The translations under genes and the position numbers were made by a program. DNA of 64,000 nucleotides from positions 9,575 to 73,574 of the forward strand of contig CAZFZU010000004.1 in NCBI GenBank assembly GCA_964523615.1, in the 5' to 3' direction. Below the pieces are notes generated by a model. That model was not told the origin of the DNA and did no database searches. It saw nothing but the letters and a program-made list of their open reading frames with translations. Shown here in pieces: positions 31,409-41,024 of the stretch (position 1 is its first letter; every line of letters starts with the position of its first letter). The DNA comes from an uncultured Eubacteriales bacterium (GTDB taxonomy: Bacteria > Acidobacteriota > Aminicenantia > Aminicenantales > Saccharicenantaceae).

Positions 31409-32746
31409 CTAGTGGATGCTGATGGACATGCCGCCGCCCCCGGACGAACCGAAGCGGGGATTGATGACGTTGGTGAAGATGGAGCCGAATTGGAACTGGA
31501 AGCCGACGGCCACGAAGTGGTTGCTGGTCATGGGCAGCTCGACCAGGCGCAGGAGGAGCTCCTCGTAGGTCGGTTCCCGCAGGCGCAGGGACAGCTGGGC
31601 GTCGTGCAGCCAGGAGTAGCCGCCGAGGACATAGACCGACAGCCCCTTGTACAGCCGCAGGTTGACGATGCCGAAGGTGTCGATCCGGTACCGGCCCAGG
31701 TCGCGGAGGTAGTTCGAGCCTTCGGCGCTGACGCTGATGGTGCCGAACTTCTCGCGCAGATCGAGGCTCACCGACAGCTCCTGCTTGAGCAGGGTCTCCC
31801 GGAGCTTGCCGAAGATCGTCTCCTCCCGGTAGCGCATGGGCTTCACCGACAGCGTGTAGAGGGCCCGGAGCTGGCGTCTCGTCGACTGGGAATACGGGAA
31901 GACGTTGTATTCGACGGCCGGAGCGAAACGCAGGCTGAGGTCGACGTTGGCGTAATACGACGATTCGGCTTCGAGATAGACGCCGGCCGACCAATGCTCG
32001 CCCAGGCTCTTGACCCACATGCCGCTGGCGTCCCAGCTCGCGGATTTGCCGGTGATGGTGGAGACGCCGCCCTCGCCGTCGTCGATCTCATAGCGCTGCT
32101 TTTCCCGGCCGGCGGACAGCCCGAGCCGGAGCTTCGACCCGGCGGTGACCCGGTTGGCCGAGAACGAGCCGTTGATCATGCCGGACCGGTAGGTCTCTTC
32201 GCCCGAGAACCAGCCGTCGCCCGACAGGCTGAAGACCCAGGACTTCCAGCGGTCCCGGGTCTCGGCCGTCCGCGCAGGGGGCGCGTAATCCACGGCGATC
32301 CGGCAGGCGATGGGGGTCCGGGCGACGAAACCCATCAGCCCCAGCTCGAGCGTCTTGACCAGGCCGCGGCGGACGTCGTCGTCCGTATCGGTCTTGACCG
32401 AGTAGTACTTCTGGACGTCCTTGGCGTCCCGGCAGTCGTTCTGTCCGATGAAGGCCAAGGTGTATTCGGTCCCGCCGCCGCCCGTGCCCTGGGTGCTGAT
32501 GAGGACGTGGACCTGGGCTTCGAGCCGGTCGCGGACGTAGTTGACGAAGGTGATCTCGGTCTTGATGTATTCGAGGTCGCAGGAATCGCAGTCGAGGAAG
32601 ACCTTGAGGGCGGTCTTTTTCATCTCGTCGATGCCGGTCTGTGGGGCCTGTCCCGGGGTGCTTTGGGCCGCGACCCGGGCCGGAGCGGCCAGGAGGAGGA
32701 TCGAGGCCAGGAGGACGACGGCGGCGGCCGGAACGATCTTGCGCAT
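31409..32746 (-). CDS. Uncharacterised outer-membrane beta-barrel-like protein, paralog B
   Basis: Signal peptide (MRKIVPAAAVVLLASILLLAAPARVAAQ). Shares SLGEHWSAG, FPYS.ST.RQLR.LY, EETI[YF] and the C-terminal NV[VI]NPRFG...SISI motif with paralog A. Confidence 0.6.
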   Translation of the reverse strand: MRKIVPAAAVVLLASILLLAAPARVAAQSTPGQAPQTGIDEMKKTALKVFLDCDSCDLEYIKTEITFVNYVRDRLEAQVHVLISTQGTGGGGTEYTLAFIGQNDCRDAKDVQKYYSVKTDTDDDVRRGLVKTLELGLMGFVARTPIACRIAVDYAPPARTAETRDRWKSWVFSLSGDGWFSGEETYRSGMINGSFSANRVTAGSKLRLGLSAGREKQRYEIDDGEGGVSTITGKSASWDASGMWVKSLGEHWSAGVYLEAESSYYANVDLSLRFAPAVEYNVFPYSQSTRRQLRALYTLSVKPMRYREETIFGKLRETLLKQELSVSLDLREKFGTISVSAEGSNYLRDLGRYRIDTFGIVNLRLYKGLSVYVLGGYSWLHDAQLSLRLREPTYEELLLRLVELPMTSNHFVAVGFQFQFGSIFTNVINPRFGSSGGGGMSISIH

Positions 32747-32830
32747 GAACGATCTCCTTGGCGGGGCCGTCGGCCGGGCCCGCCGCGGTCCGGGACTTTC
32801 TTTTAGGGAATCAGCAACTTATGTGCCATG

Positions 32831-32858
32831 AAAAAACCGCCTTCCAGGGGAGGGCGGC
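32831..32858 (-). terminator. Intrinsic terminator after the porin gene
   Basis: The minus strand reads GCCGCCCTCCCCTGGAAGGCGG followed by TTTTTT: a 9-bp stem with one mismatch, starting ~50 nt after the stop at 32908. Confidence 0.55.
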
Positions 32859-32907
32859 TAACGGCTCACACGATGTATACGGCCGGACGTAATGATATGT
32901 TACATAT

Positions 32908-34176
32908 CTAGAAGAAATAATAGGCCGCCAGCAGGAGCCGGAGGTTGTGGACGAAGCGGGCTTCGCGGACCTTGCCGAAGACGTCCGGGGTCCCGTAGGA
33001 GGCCGCCGTCCACTCGACCTCGCCGGAGAAACGCATCTTGCCGGCGTTGTGGACGAGCCGCGGCGCCAAGCGGTAGAGCTGGTCGATGTTGAAGCCGCGG
33101 GCGTAATTGGCCCCGGAGATCTCCTCGGAGGAGCCGAGATTCTTGGAGTATCCCCCGAAAAGTCCCGCCTGCCAGCGCGGCCCGTTGGTCATGATCTCCG
33201 TCCACATCGACAGCGTGCCGATGGGGGTATAGGCCCAATCCAGGCGGACCTCGTCGAGGACGTCGCGGACGGCGTAGCCGCCGAGCATGGTCAGGTGGTG
33301 GAGGTTCTGGCCCCAGACGGCCTCGGCCTTCCACGTCGCCTTGGCCCATTTCCGCTTGAAGAAGGCCATGGCCGCGACGCCGGTGACGGACTCGTCGGTC
33401 TCGTAGCCCGCGGCCGTGACGATGCGCGGCGCGAGCCGCATGACGTCGGCCCCGAGGCCGGCCACGGTCTCGGTCTTGCGGGCCTCGTTCCTGGCGGCGT
33501 ACTGGAGCTTGAGGTTGAACTCGGGCAGGGCGGCGTTGCGGAGGTAGGCCGAGGTCGTCCCGTCCGGCCCGTTGCTGAGGAAGTCGCGCTGGGCCAGGGC
33601 CGTGGCCGTCAGGCCGACGGCGCCGAGCTTGACGGTGTAGCGGACCTGGGGGCTGCGGTTGAAGGGCTGGAACGGCGCGCCGGTGTTGAAGGAGACGACG
33701 TCGGGGAAGCTCTCGACGACGAACATGGGGTGCCAGTACTGGCCGATCATGAGCTCGGACCGCTTCCACTCGAGCTTGAGGTAGCCGTGGCGTAACCGGA
33801 AGCCGTTGATGTCGGCGTCCGCGGTGCCGAAGAACTCGGCCTCGATGTAGGCCGAGGTCTTGGCCCCCAGGGCGTCCGGGCCGGTGATCTTCCCGGCCAG
33901 GCGGGTCTGGACCGAGAGGATGTTGAAGCTGCCGCGGTCGTTGACGTCGTCGCCGTCGGGGCCGGCCAGGAGGGCCTTGGGATAGAGGAGGTAATGGCCT
34001 TCGCGGATGCTGACGGTCTGGCGGGTGTCGTAGAAGATGTCCGTCTTGACGAAGCCCGAGAAAGCGATGCCGAAGGCGGGCTTCTTCTCCTCCGTCTGGG
34101 CCGCCGAGGGAACGGCCGAGAGGGTCGCGAAGAGGGCCAGGCCGAGGCTGACGACGATGACGCGGTTCTTCTTCAT
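32908..34176 (-). CDS. Outer-membrane porin-like beta-barrel protein
   Basis: Signal peptide starting at internal Met 34176 (MKKNRVIVVSLGLALFATLSAVPSAAQ). Amphipathic strand pattern and an aromatic C-terminus (..AAYYFF). Confidence 0.65.
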   Translation of the reverse strand: MKKNRVIVVSLGLALFATLSAVPSAAQTEEKKPAFGIAFSGFVKTDIFYDTRQTVSIREGHYLLYPKALLAGPDGDDVNDRGSFNILSVQTRLAGKITGPDALGAKTSAYIEAEFFGTADADINGFRLRHGYLKLEWKRSELMIGQYWHPMFVVESFPDVVSFNTGAPFQPFNRSPQVRYTVKLGAVGLTATALAQRDFLSNGPDGTTSAYLRNAALPEFNLKLQYAARNEARKTETVAGLGADVMRLAPRIVTAAGYETDESVTGVAAMAFFKRKWAKATWKAEAVWGQNLHHLTMLGGYAVRDVLDEVRLDWAYTPIGTLSMWTEIMTNGPRWQAGLFGGYSKNLGSSEEISGANYARGFNIDQLYRLAPRLVHNAGKMRFSGEVEWTAASYGTPDVFGKVREARFVHNLRLLLAAYYFF

Positions 34177-34267
34177 GGCGTTCTCCCCGCCGGCGGAGGC
34201 GGCCGCCGGCATGCCGGGAATTATAGCGGCCGGGCGGGGAATGTCAATTCTGTGCTAGAATCCGGCC

Positions 34268-36073
34268 ATGAGAGCCTCCCGACTCGCGACGATGGTCCTC
34301 CTCCTGGCCGCCCTGCCCGGCCTGGCCGCGCCCGCCCATACGTTCAAGCTGGGGCGCGACGAGTTCCTCCTCGACGGCAAGCCGTTCCGGATCATGGCCG
34401 GCGAGATCCACTACCAGCGCGTCCCGCGCGAGTACTGGGCCGACCGGCTGATGAAGGTCCGGGCGGCCGGGCTCAATACGGTCGGCACCTACGTCTTCTG
34501 GAACGCCCTCGAGCCCGAGCCCGGGCAATGGGACCTCGCCGGCGGGAACGACCTCGGGGCCTTCATCCGCACGGCCCAGCGGCTGGGCCTGTGGGTCGTC
34601 GTCCGGCCCGGCCCCTACGCTTGCGCCGAGTGGGACTTCGGCGGCCTGCCGGCCTGGCTCCTGCGGACGCCCGACATCAAGGTCCGCTGCTCCGACCCGC
34701 GCTACCTGGCCGCCTGCGAGGGCTACGTCGGGAAGATCGCCTCGGTCCTGCGCGACCTCCAGGTCCACAAGGGCGGCCCGGTGCTCATGGTCCAGGTCGA
34801 GAACGAGTACGGCAGCTACGGCAACGACCGCGACTACATGGCCGCCCTCAAGGGCTTCTGGGAGAGCGCGGGGATCGAGGTGCCGCTCTTCACCGCCGAC
34901 GGCGCCACCCCGCCCATGCTCGAGGCCGGCACCCTGCCCGGCTGCGCCATCGGGCTCGACCCCGGGACCTCGGAGAAGGACTTCGCCGAGGCCGCCCGCC
35001 TCGAGCGCGGCGTGCCGGTCTTCTGCAGCGAGCTCTATCCCGGCTGGCTGACCCACTGGGGCGAGGATTGGGCCCGGGTCAAGACCGAGGAGTTCCTGCC
35101 CGGCCTGCGCTGGCTCCTCGACCACGGCAAGTCCTTCAGCCTGTACATGTTCCACGGCGGGACGAACTTCGGCTTCTGGGCCGGGGCCAATTTCTCCGAC
35201 CGCTACCAGCCCGACGTGACGAGCTACGACTACGACGCGCCCCTCGACGAGGCCGGCCGGCCGACGCCGAAGTTCTTCGCCATCCGGGAGCTCGTGGCCC
35301 GATACCGGGCCGGCGGGGCCGACCCGCGCGGGCTGCCGGAGCCCATCCGGACGATCGCCGTCCCGCCCGTCGCCTTCGACGAGGCCGCCTCCGTCTTCGA
35401 CAACCTGCCGCCGGCCGTCCGGTCGGCCCAGCCCGGCCCCATGGAGTCCTACGGCCAGAACCACGGCTTCATCCTCTACCGGACGAAGCTCCTCGGCCAC
35501 CGCGGCGGCAGGCTCGCGGTGACCGACCTCCGCGACTACGCCACCGTCTTCGCCGACGGGCGCCACGTCGGGACCCTCGACCGGACCAAGGGGGAAGCGG
35601 CGGCGCTCGACCTGCCCAAGGGCCAGCCGGCCAACGAGACCCTCGACATCCTGGTCGAGGCCATGGGCCGGATCAACTACGGGCCGCGCCTTCTCGACCG
35701 CAAGGGCATCACGGAGCGGGTCACCCTCAACGCCATGACCCTCATGGGCTGGGACGTCCACCCGCTGCCCATGGACGGCGACTACCTGCGGCTCCTGCGC
35801 TACTCCCGGCGCCCGGTCGAGCGCCCGGGCAACTTCTTCCGCGGCGCGTTCGACCTGGGGACGGTCGGCGACACCTACCTCGACATGAGCGGCTGGCGGA
35901 AGGGGGTCGTCTGGGTCAACGGCCACAATCTCGGCCGGTACTGGGACGTCGGGCCGCAGAAGCGGCTCTACTGCCCGGGGACGTTCCTGCGGACGGGCGC
36001 GAACGAGATCGTCGTCTTCGACCTCCACGTCCTCGCGCCGGCGACGGTCGCCGGCTTCGCGGACCTAGACTAG
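34268..36073 (+). CDS. GH35 beta-galactosidase, secreted
   Basis: Signal peptide. GEIHYQRVPREYW, GLNTV.TYVFWN, catalytic QVENEYGSYG, and a C-terminal galactose-binding-like domain. Confidence 0.9.
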   Translation: MRASRLATMVLLLAALPGLAAPAHTFKLGRDEFLLDGKPFRIMAGEIHYQRVPREYWADRLMKVRAAGLNTVGTYVFWNALEPEPGQWDLAGGNDLGAFIRTAQRLGLWVVVRPGPYACAEWDFGGLPAWLLRTPDIKVRCSDPRYLAACEGYVGKIASVLRDLQVHKGGPVLMVQVENEYGSYGNDRDYMAALKGFWESAGIEVPLFTADGATPPMLEAGTLPGCAIGLDPGTSEKDFAEAARLERGVPVFCSELYPGWLTHWGEDWARVKTEEFLPGLRWLLDHGKSFSLYMFHGGTNFGFWAGANFSDRYQPDVTSYDYDAPLDEAGRPTPKFFAIRELVARYRAGGADPRGLPEPIRTIAVPPVAFDEAASVFDNLPPAVRSAQPGPMESYGQNHGFILYRTKLLGHRGGRLAVTDLRDYATVFADGRHVGTLDRTKGEAAALDLPKGQPANETLDILVEAMGRINYGPRLLDRKGITERVTLNAMTLMGWDVHPLPMDGDYLRLLRYSRRPVERPGNFFRGAFDLGTVGDTYLDMSGWRKGVVWVNGHNLGRYWDVGPQKRLYCPGTFLRTGANEIVVFDLHVLAPATVAGFADLD

Positions 36074-38752
36074 GTCCTTCGAGACCTCGACGAGCGAGGT
36101 GGCCAGGTCGTTGACGACCCGGAAGCCGCGCTTCTCGAACACGGCCACCATGCGCGGATTGTCCGTCGTCGTGATGGCCGTCAGCGCGCCGATGCCCCAC
36201 CGCCGGGCGATGTCCGTGCAGGTGTCGGTCAGGAGGCCGCCCAGGCCCCGGTCCTGCCAGGCGTCCTGGACGAGCACGGCGTACTCGGCCTTGGCGCGGC
36301 CGGGCTCGGCGACCAGGCGCCCCACACCGACGAGCTTGCGGCCGTCCCCTTCGCCCGTCTCGGCCACGATGGCCAGTTCCCGGTCGTAGTCGATGTAGCA
36401 GTAGCGGCTGGCCACGTCGTGGGACTGCCAGAAGAAGAAGTAGCGGAAACGGGAGTAGATCGACTCGCGCGAGCAGCTCGAGAGCAGGGCTAGCCAGAGA
36501 GGCTCGTCCTCCGGCCTGATGGGCCGCAGGGTGATCGGCGTGCCGTCCCGCATGCGGACCCGCCGGACGAACTCCTCGGGATAAGGGCGCAGGGCCAGGT
36601 GGGCGTACGGGCGCCGGGGGTCCTCGGCCGCGCCCGGGTCGCCGACGATCCGGGCGTCGAGGGCCGTCACTCCCTGGGGCGTGACGAGCAGGGGATTGAT
36701 GTCGAGCTCGGCCACCTCGGGCAGGTCGGCGGCCAGGTAGGACAGGCGGACCAGGGTCTCGACGAGCTTGTCGACGGCGGCCCGGGGGCGGCCCCGGAAG
36801 CCCTCGAGGAGGGGCTTCATCCGCAGGCCGTCCAGCATGCGCCGGGCCAGCCGCTCATTGAGGGGCGGGAAGCCGATGGAGCGGTCGCGGTAGATCTCGG
36901 CCGCCGTGCCACCCATGCCGGCCATGACGACCGTGCCGAAGGTCGGGTCCTTCTTGACCCCGAGGATCATCTCGACGCCGTCGCGGGCCCGGACCATCCT
37001 CTGCACGGTGACTCCCTCGAGGCGCGCGCCGGGGGCCCGGCGGGCCACGGTCTCCATCATGGCCCCGAAGGCGGCCCGGACCGCGTCCGCGCCGTCGAGG
37101 TCGAGGGCCACGCCGCCGACGTCCGTCTTGTGGGTGATGTCGGGGGACAGGACCTTGAGGACGACGGGATAGCCGGCCTCTTCCGCCGCCCGGACGGCCT
37201 CTTCGGCCGTGGCCGCGGGTACGGGCCGCGTGACCGGTATGCCGTAGGAAGCCAGGACTTCCTTGGACAGCGTTTCGGCGAGCGGCCCGGCGGCCGCCGC
37301 GAGCGGGCCGGCGTAGCGGGCGCGGATCTCGGCCCGGTCGACGGGGAAATCCACGGAGATGTCCTTGGGCGTCTCGTAGAGGGCCCCGAGGTCGCGGGAG
37401 TACGAGACCAGGGTCATGAAGGCGTTGACGGCCTGTTCGGGCGTCGGGTAGGTGGGGACGCCGGCCTCGTTGAGGAGGTTCGTGCCTTCGCGCATGGCCG
37501 CCCCGCCGAGCCAGGCGGCCAGGACGGGCTTGGGCGTCGCCGCGGCCAGGGACGCGACCTCCTTGGCGATGGCCGTGGGGTTGGTCATGGCCTGGGGCGT
37601 GACGATGACGAGGAGGGCGTCGACGCCGGGGTCCTCGAGGACGATGCGGGCGGCCTTGGCCACGAGCTTGGATTTGGCGTCGCCGAGGACGTCCACGGGG
37701 TTGCGCGGCGAGCCCTGCGGCGGGATGTTCTCCTTCAGCGCGGCGACGGTGGCTTCGGCCAGACGGGCCAGCGCTCCGCCGGCCGCGATCAGGGCGTCGG
37801 TGGCCATGACGGCGGGGCCGCCGGCGTTGGTCAGGACGGCCAGGCGCGGCCCCTGCGGCACCTTGGAGCGGCCGAGGAGGTCGACGCAGTCGAAGATCTC
37901 GCCGATGTCGTTGACCCGGGCCAGCCCCATGCGCCGGAAGGCCGCGTCGTAGACGGCGTCCTCGCCGGCCAGGGCTCCTGTATGGGAGGCGGCCGCGGCG
38001 GCCGACTCGGCGAAGCGGCCGGCCTTGTAGACGACGATGGGCTTCATCCGGGCGAAGGCCCGGCCCGCGGTCATGAACTTGCGGGCGTCCCGGACGGATT
38101 CGATATAGAGGATGATGGACTTGGTCTCCTCGTCCTCGCCCAGGTAGTCGATGAGGTCGCCGAAGTCGACGTCGATCATGTTGCCGGTCGAGACGAAATG
38201 GGAGAAGCCGATCTTCTCTTCGGCCGCCCAGTCGAGGACCGAGGTGCACAGGGCGCCCGACTGGGAGACGAAGGCGACGTGGCCCGGCCGCGGCATGGCC
38301 CCGGCGAAGCTGGCGTTGAGGGAGCGGCCGGGCGAGATGAGCCCGAGGCAGTTGGGACCGAGGACCCGCAGGCCCTCGAAGCGCCGGGCCTCGGCGAGCA
38401 GGGCCTCCTCGAGGGCCAGGCCGGCCGGGCCGGTCTCGCGGAAGCCGGCCGAGACGACGACGAGGCCGCGCAGGCCGGCCTCGCCGCACTCCTTGACCAG
38501 CCCGGGAACCTGGGCGGCCGGGGCGCACAGGATGCCGAGGTCGGCCGGCTTGGGCAGCGCGCGGACGTCGGGGAAGCAGGGGATGCCCATGACGGCCTCG
38601 GTCGAGGGGCTGACCGGGTAGACGACGCCGCGGAAGCCGCCGCCGACGAGGTTGGCCAGGATCTTGGCGCTGACGCTCTTCGGGTTCGGGCTGACGCCGA
38701 CGAGAGCGATGCGCTGGGGCTTGAAGATCGCGTCGAGCGAGAGAATGTCCAT
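36065..38752 (-). CDS. Pat/PatZ-like protein acetyltransferase (ADP-forming acyl-CoA synthetase-like domains fused to C-terminal GNAT)
   Basis: 895 aa. N-terminal CoA-binding domain (PQRIALVGVS), succinyl-CoA-synthetase-like and ATP-grasp segments. C-terminal GNAT (IRPIRPEDEP..., QDRGLGG). Confidence 0.85.
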   Translation of the reverse strand: MDILSLDAIFKPQRIALVGVSPNPKSVSAKILANLVGGGFRGVVYPVSPSTEAVMGIPCFPDVRALPKPADLGILCAPAAQVPGLVKECGEAGLRGLVVVSAGFRETGPAGLALEEALLAEARRFEGLRVLGPNCLGLISPGRSLNASFAGAMPRPGHVAFVSQSGALCTSVLDWAAEEKIGFSHFVSTGNMIDVDFGDLIDYLGEDEETKSIILYIESVRDARKFMTAGRAFARMKPIVVYKAGRFAESAAAAASHTGALAGEDAVYDAAFRRMGLARVNDIGEIFDCVDLLGRSKVPQGPRLAVLTNAGGPAVMATDALIAAGGALARLAEATVAALKENIPPQGSPRNPVDVLGDAKSKLVAKAARIVLEDPGVDALLVIVTPQAMTNPTAIAKEVASLAAATPKPVLAAWLGGAAMREGTNLLNEAGVPTYPTPEQAVNAFMTLVSYSRDLGALYETPKDISVDFPVDRAEIRARYAGPLAAAAGPLAETLSKEVLASYGIPVTRPVPAATAEEAVRAAEEAGYPVVLKVLSPDITHKTDVGGVALDLDGADAVRAAFGAMMETVARRAPGARLEGVTVQRMVRARDGVEMILGVKKDPTFGTVVMAGMGGTAAEIYRDRSIGFPPLNERLARRMLDGLRMKPLLEGFRGRPRAAVDKLVETLVRLSYLAADLPEVAELDINPLLVTPQGVTALDARIVGDPGAAEDPRRPYAHLALRPYPEEFVRRVRMRDGTPITLRPIRPEDEPLWLALLSSCSRESIYSRFRYFFFWQSHDVASRYCYIDYDRELAIVAETGEGDGRKLVGVGRLVAEPGRAKAEYAVLVQDAWQDRGLGGLLTDTCTDIARRWGIGALTAITTTDNPRMVAVFEKRGFRVVNDLATSLVEVSKDLV

Positions 38753-38826
38753 GGGGCCTCCGGGGCGTTCGGATCAGCCCCCTATTGTCCTCCCGGGGAC
38801 CGATGTTTTCAAGAGGCCGTCGGGGC

Positions 38827-40800
38827 TCAGAGGGCCAGGCGCAGGCCGGCCCGGACCGCGCGGCCCGGCGTGCCGTAGCCCCAGACCGTCTCGTAGCGGG
38901 CGTCGAGGATGTTGGAGACGCGGGCGAAGACCGTGAAGCGCGGGCCGGCCGGGGCCGAGACGACGGCGTCGAGCAGGAGGTAGGGCGCCAGGGCCACGGT
39001 CGCGGCGGGATAGGCGCTGTAGTCGCGGTCGAGGCGGCGCCCCGTCCAGACGCCCGAGACGGTGAGGTCGACGGAGCGGAAAAGGCTCAAGCCGAGGTCG
39101 GCCGAGACCCGGTCGCGCGGCCGGCGGACGAGCGCCGTCCCGGCGTCGAGGTCGCGGGCGGAAAGGCGGGTATAGGCGGCGGCCAGGCGCAGGCCCGGGG
39201 CTGGGCGGGCTTCGAGCGAGGCCTCGAGCCCGCTCGTCCGGGCCCGGCCGATGTTGACGTAGCCGGCCATGGTATCGAAGTCGACGAGGTCGCGGAAACC
39301 GTTCCCGAAAGCGGTCAAGCCGAGAACGACGCGGCCGGCGGCGAAGCGCTGCTCGACCCCGGCGTCCCAGCCGGCGGCCCGCTCGGGACGGAGCCCCGGG
39401 TTGCCGATGGGCCCCCAGGACGTGGCCGGAGCGTGGAGCTGGTAGAGCGACGGCGACTTGAAGCCGGTGCCGAACGAGGCCTTGAGCCGGGTCCCTGTGG
39501 CCGGGAAGAGAAAGGCCGGCGCGACGCGGAAGGTCAGGGCGGCGCCGGACAGGCTGTGGCTTTCGGCCCGAACGCCGGCGGTGACGAAGAAGCGTCCGCC
39601 GGCTTCCCAGTGATCGAGGACGTAAGCGCCGGCCGAGCGGGCCCGGGCCGCGGGGAAGGCCGACTCGGACGGGCCCCAGGCGCTCTCGGAGACGTACTCG
39701 GAGCGGCCGCGTTCCTCCTCGATCTCGAGCCCTGCCGTCAGCGTGTGGGCCGGGCTGAGGAAGAGGTTGTTCTGCCAGTCGAGCTTGACCAGGCCGCCGC
39801 GGAAGGCGCCTTCCTCGCGGTCGGCGGGATGGGCCTCGTCGACCGGATTGAGGCTGTCGCGGGCCGATCCGAGCCAGGAGACCGAAAGGAGGCGCTCCCA
39901 GCGCCCGGCCGCGGCCAGGCCGCGGTATTGGCCGCGGACGAGGAGCGAGCCGTAGTCCTGGACGTTGTTGGGATCGTCGCCGCCGGGCCCGCCGAAGTTG
40001 TCGAGATCGGTCCGGTCCCGGATGGCCCGGACGGTCAGGGTCAGGGAATCCGAGGGCCGGGGCGTCCAGCCGAAGCGGGCGGCCAGGGTCAAGTTGCGGT
40101 AGCCGTCCCTCTCGGTGTTTCCCGCGTAGGCCGCGGAGGCGGCCGACAGCCCGGCCGTCCGCTCGTGGACGAGGGACAGGGCGTAATCGATCCGTTCGCC
40201 CGATCCGGAGAGCGAAAGGTCGGCGCCGAGGGAGCGGAGCGAGCCCGCCGAGGCGCCCAGGCTCAGCCGAGGCCGGCCGCGGCCGGCGCGGGTGATGATG
40301 TTGACGACCCCGCCGAGGGCGTCCGAGCCATAAAGCAGGCCCTGAGGGCCGCGCAGGACCTCGACGCGGTCGACGTCGACGAGGGCCAGGTGGGCGAGGT
40401 CGCAGGAGCGGGACGGATTGATGGGATCGTTGAGCTCGAGCCCGTCGAGCAGGACGAGGGTGTGCTCGCTCCCGGCGCCGCGGACGAACACGGCCGAGGC
40501 GGCCCCCGGTCCGCCGTTGCGGACGGTCGACAGGCCGAGGACGGATTCCAAAGCTTCGAGAACGAAGGCCTTGCCGGCGCGGCGGAGCTCCTCGCCGGAG
40601 ACGACGGTCAGGGAGCTGCCGACCTTGCGCTCCGGCGTCTCCAGCCGGGTGGCCGTGACGACGACGTCGTGCTTGAGGACGGTCGGGGCGCCCTCGCGAG
40701 CGTCTTGGGCCGGGAGCACGGCAGGAACGAGGGCGAGGAGGGCGACGAGGACGGGAAGACCGGCGCCGAAGGCCGCCGGAGAGGGCGTGCGCGCGTTCAT
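38827..40800 (-). CDS. btuB: TonB-dependent receptor, BtuB-like (cobalamin uptake)
   Basis: Start at internal ATG 40800, ahead of the signal peptide. TonB box/plug (VVVTATRLE, GGPGAASAVFVRG) and a C-terminal barrel. Directly preceded by a cobalamin riboswitch. Confidence 0.85.
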   Translation of the reverse strand: MNARTPSPAAFGAGLPVLVALLALVPAVLPAQDAREGAPTVLKHDVVVTATRLETPERKVGSSLTVVSGEELRRAGKAFVLEALESVLGLSTVRNGGPGAASAVFVRGAGSEHTLVLLDGLELNDPINPSRSCDLAHLALVDVDRVEVLRGPQGLLYGSDALGGVVNIITRAGRGRPRLSLGASAGSLRSLGADLSLSGSGERIDYALSLVHERTAGLSAASAAYAGNTERDGYRNLTLAARFGWTPRPSDSLTLTVRAIRDRTDLDNFGGPGGDDPNNVQDYGSLLVRGQYRGLAAAGRWERLLSVSWLGSARDSLNPVDEAHPADREEGAFRGGLVKLDWQNNLFLSPAHTLTAGLEIEEERGRSEYVSESAWGPSESAFPAARARSAGAYVLDHWEAGGRFFVTAGVRAESHSLSGAALTFRVAPAFLFPATGTRLKASFGTGFKSPSLYQLHAPATSWGPIGNPGLRPERAAGWDAGVEQRFAAGRVVLGLTAFGNGFRDLVDFDTMAGYVNIGRARTSGLEASLEARPAPGLRLAAAYTRLSARDLDAGTALVRRPRDRVSADLGLSLFRSVDLTVSGVWTGRRLDRDYSAYPAATVALAPYLLLDAVVSAPAGPRFTVFARVSNILDARYETVWGYGTPGRAVRAGLRLAL

Positions 40801-40834
40801 GGCAGGGGCTTCGCCTCCGCCCCCGCCGTATTCG

Positions 40835-41010
40835 TTCGCCGTCTTCCACCCGAAGACCGGCCGAGCGCGGCTCGCGGAAGGTATCCTGACTCCCGGATCG
40901 TCCTCCTCCCGAGCCTTCCAGCCTCGCGGCCGTGGCGTCCCTCGGGATTCGTCCCCGGTTACAGTAGCGGGGGCTGTGTCCGTTTCTAACGGACTTCCCT
41001 TCAAGTCAAG
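40835..41010 (-). promoter_or_regulatory. Cobalamin (B12) riboswitch
   Basis: The minus strand reads AAGGGAAGTCCGTTAGAAACGGACACAGCCCCCGCTACTGTAACCGGGGACGA ... GCCACGGCC ... GGCTGGAAGGC ... GGGAGTCAGGATACCTTCC. These are the conserved core, GCCAC[UG]G, GGGAAGGC-like and B12-box elements, in the canonical order. Confidence 0.85.
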
Positions 41011-41018
41011 CCGGGACG

Positions 41019-41024
41019 ATTATA
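41019..41024 (-). promoter_or_regulatory. Candidate -10 box (TATAAT) for the riboswitch-btuB transcript
   Basis: Exact TATAAT ~10 nt upstream of the first conserved riboswitch nucleotides. The -35 region is poor (TAGCCC). Confidence 0.35.
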
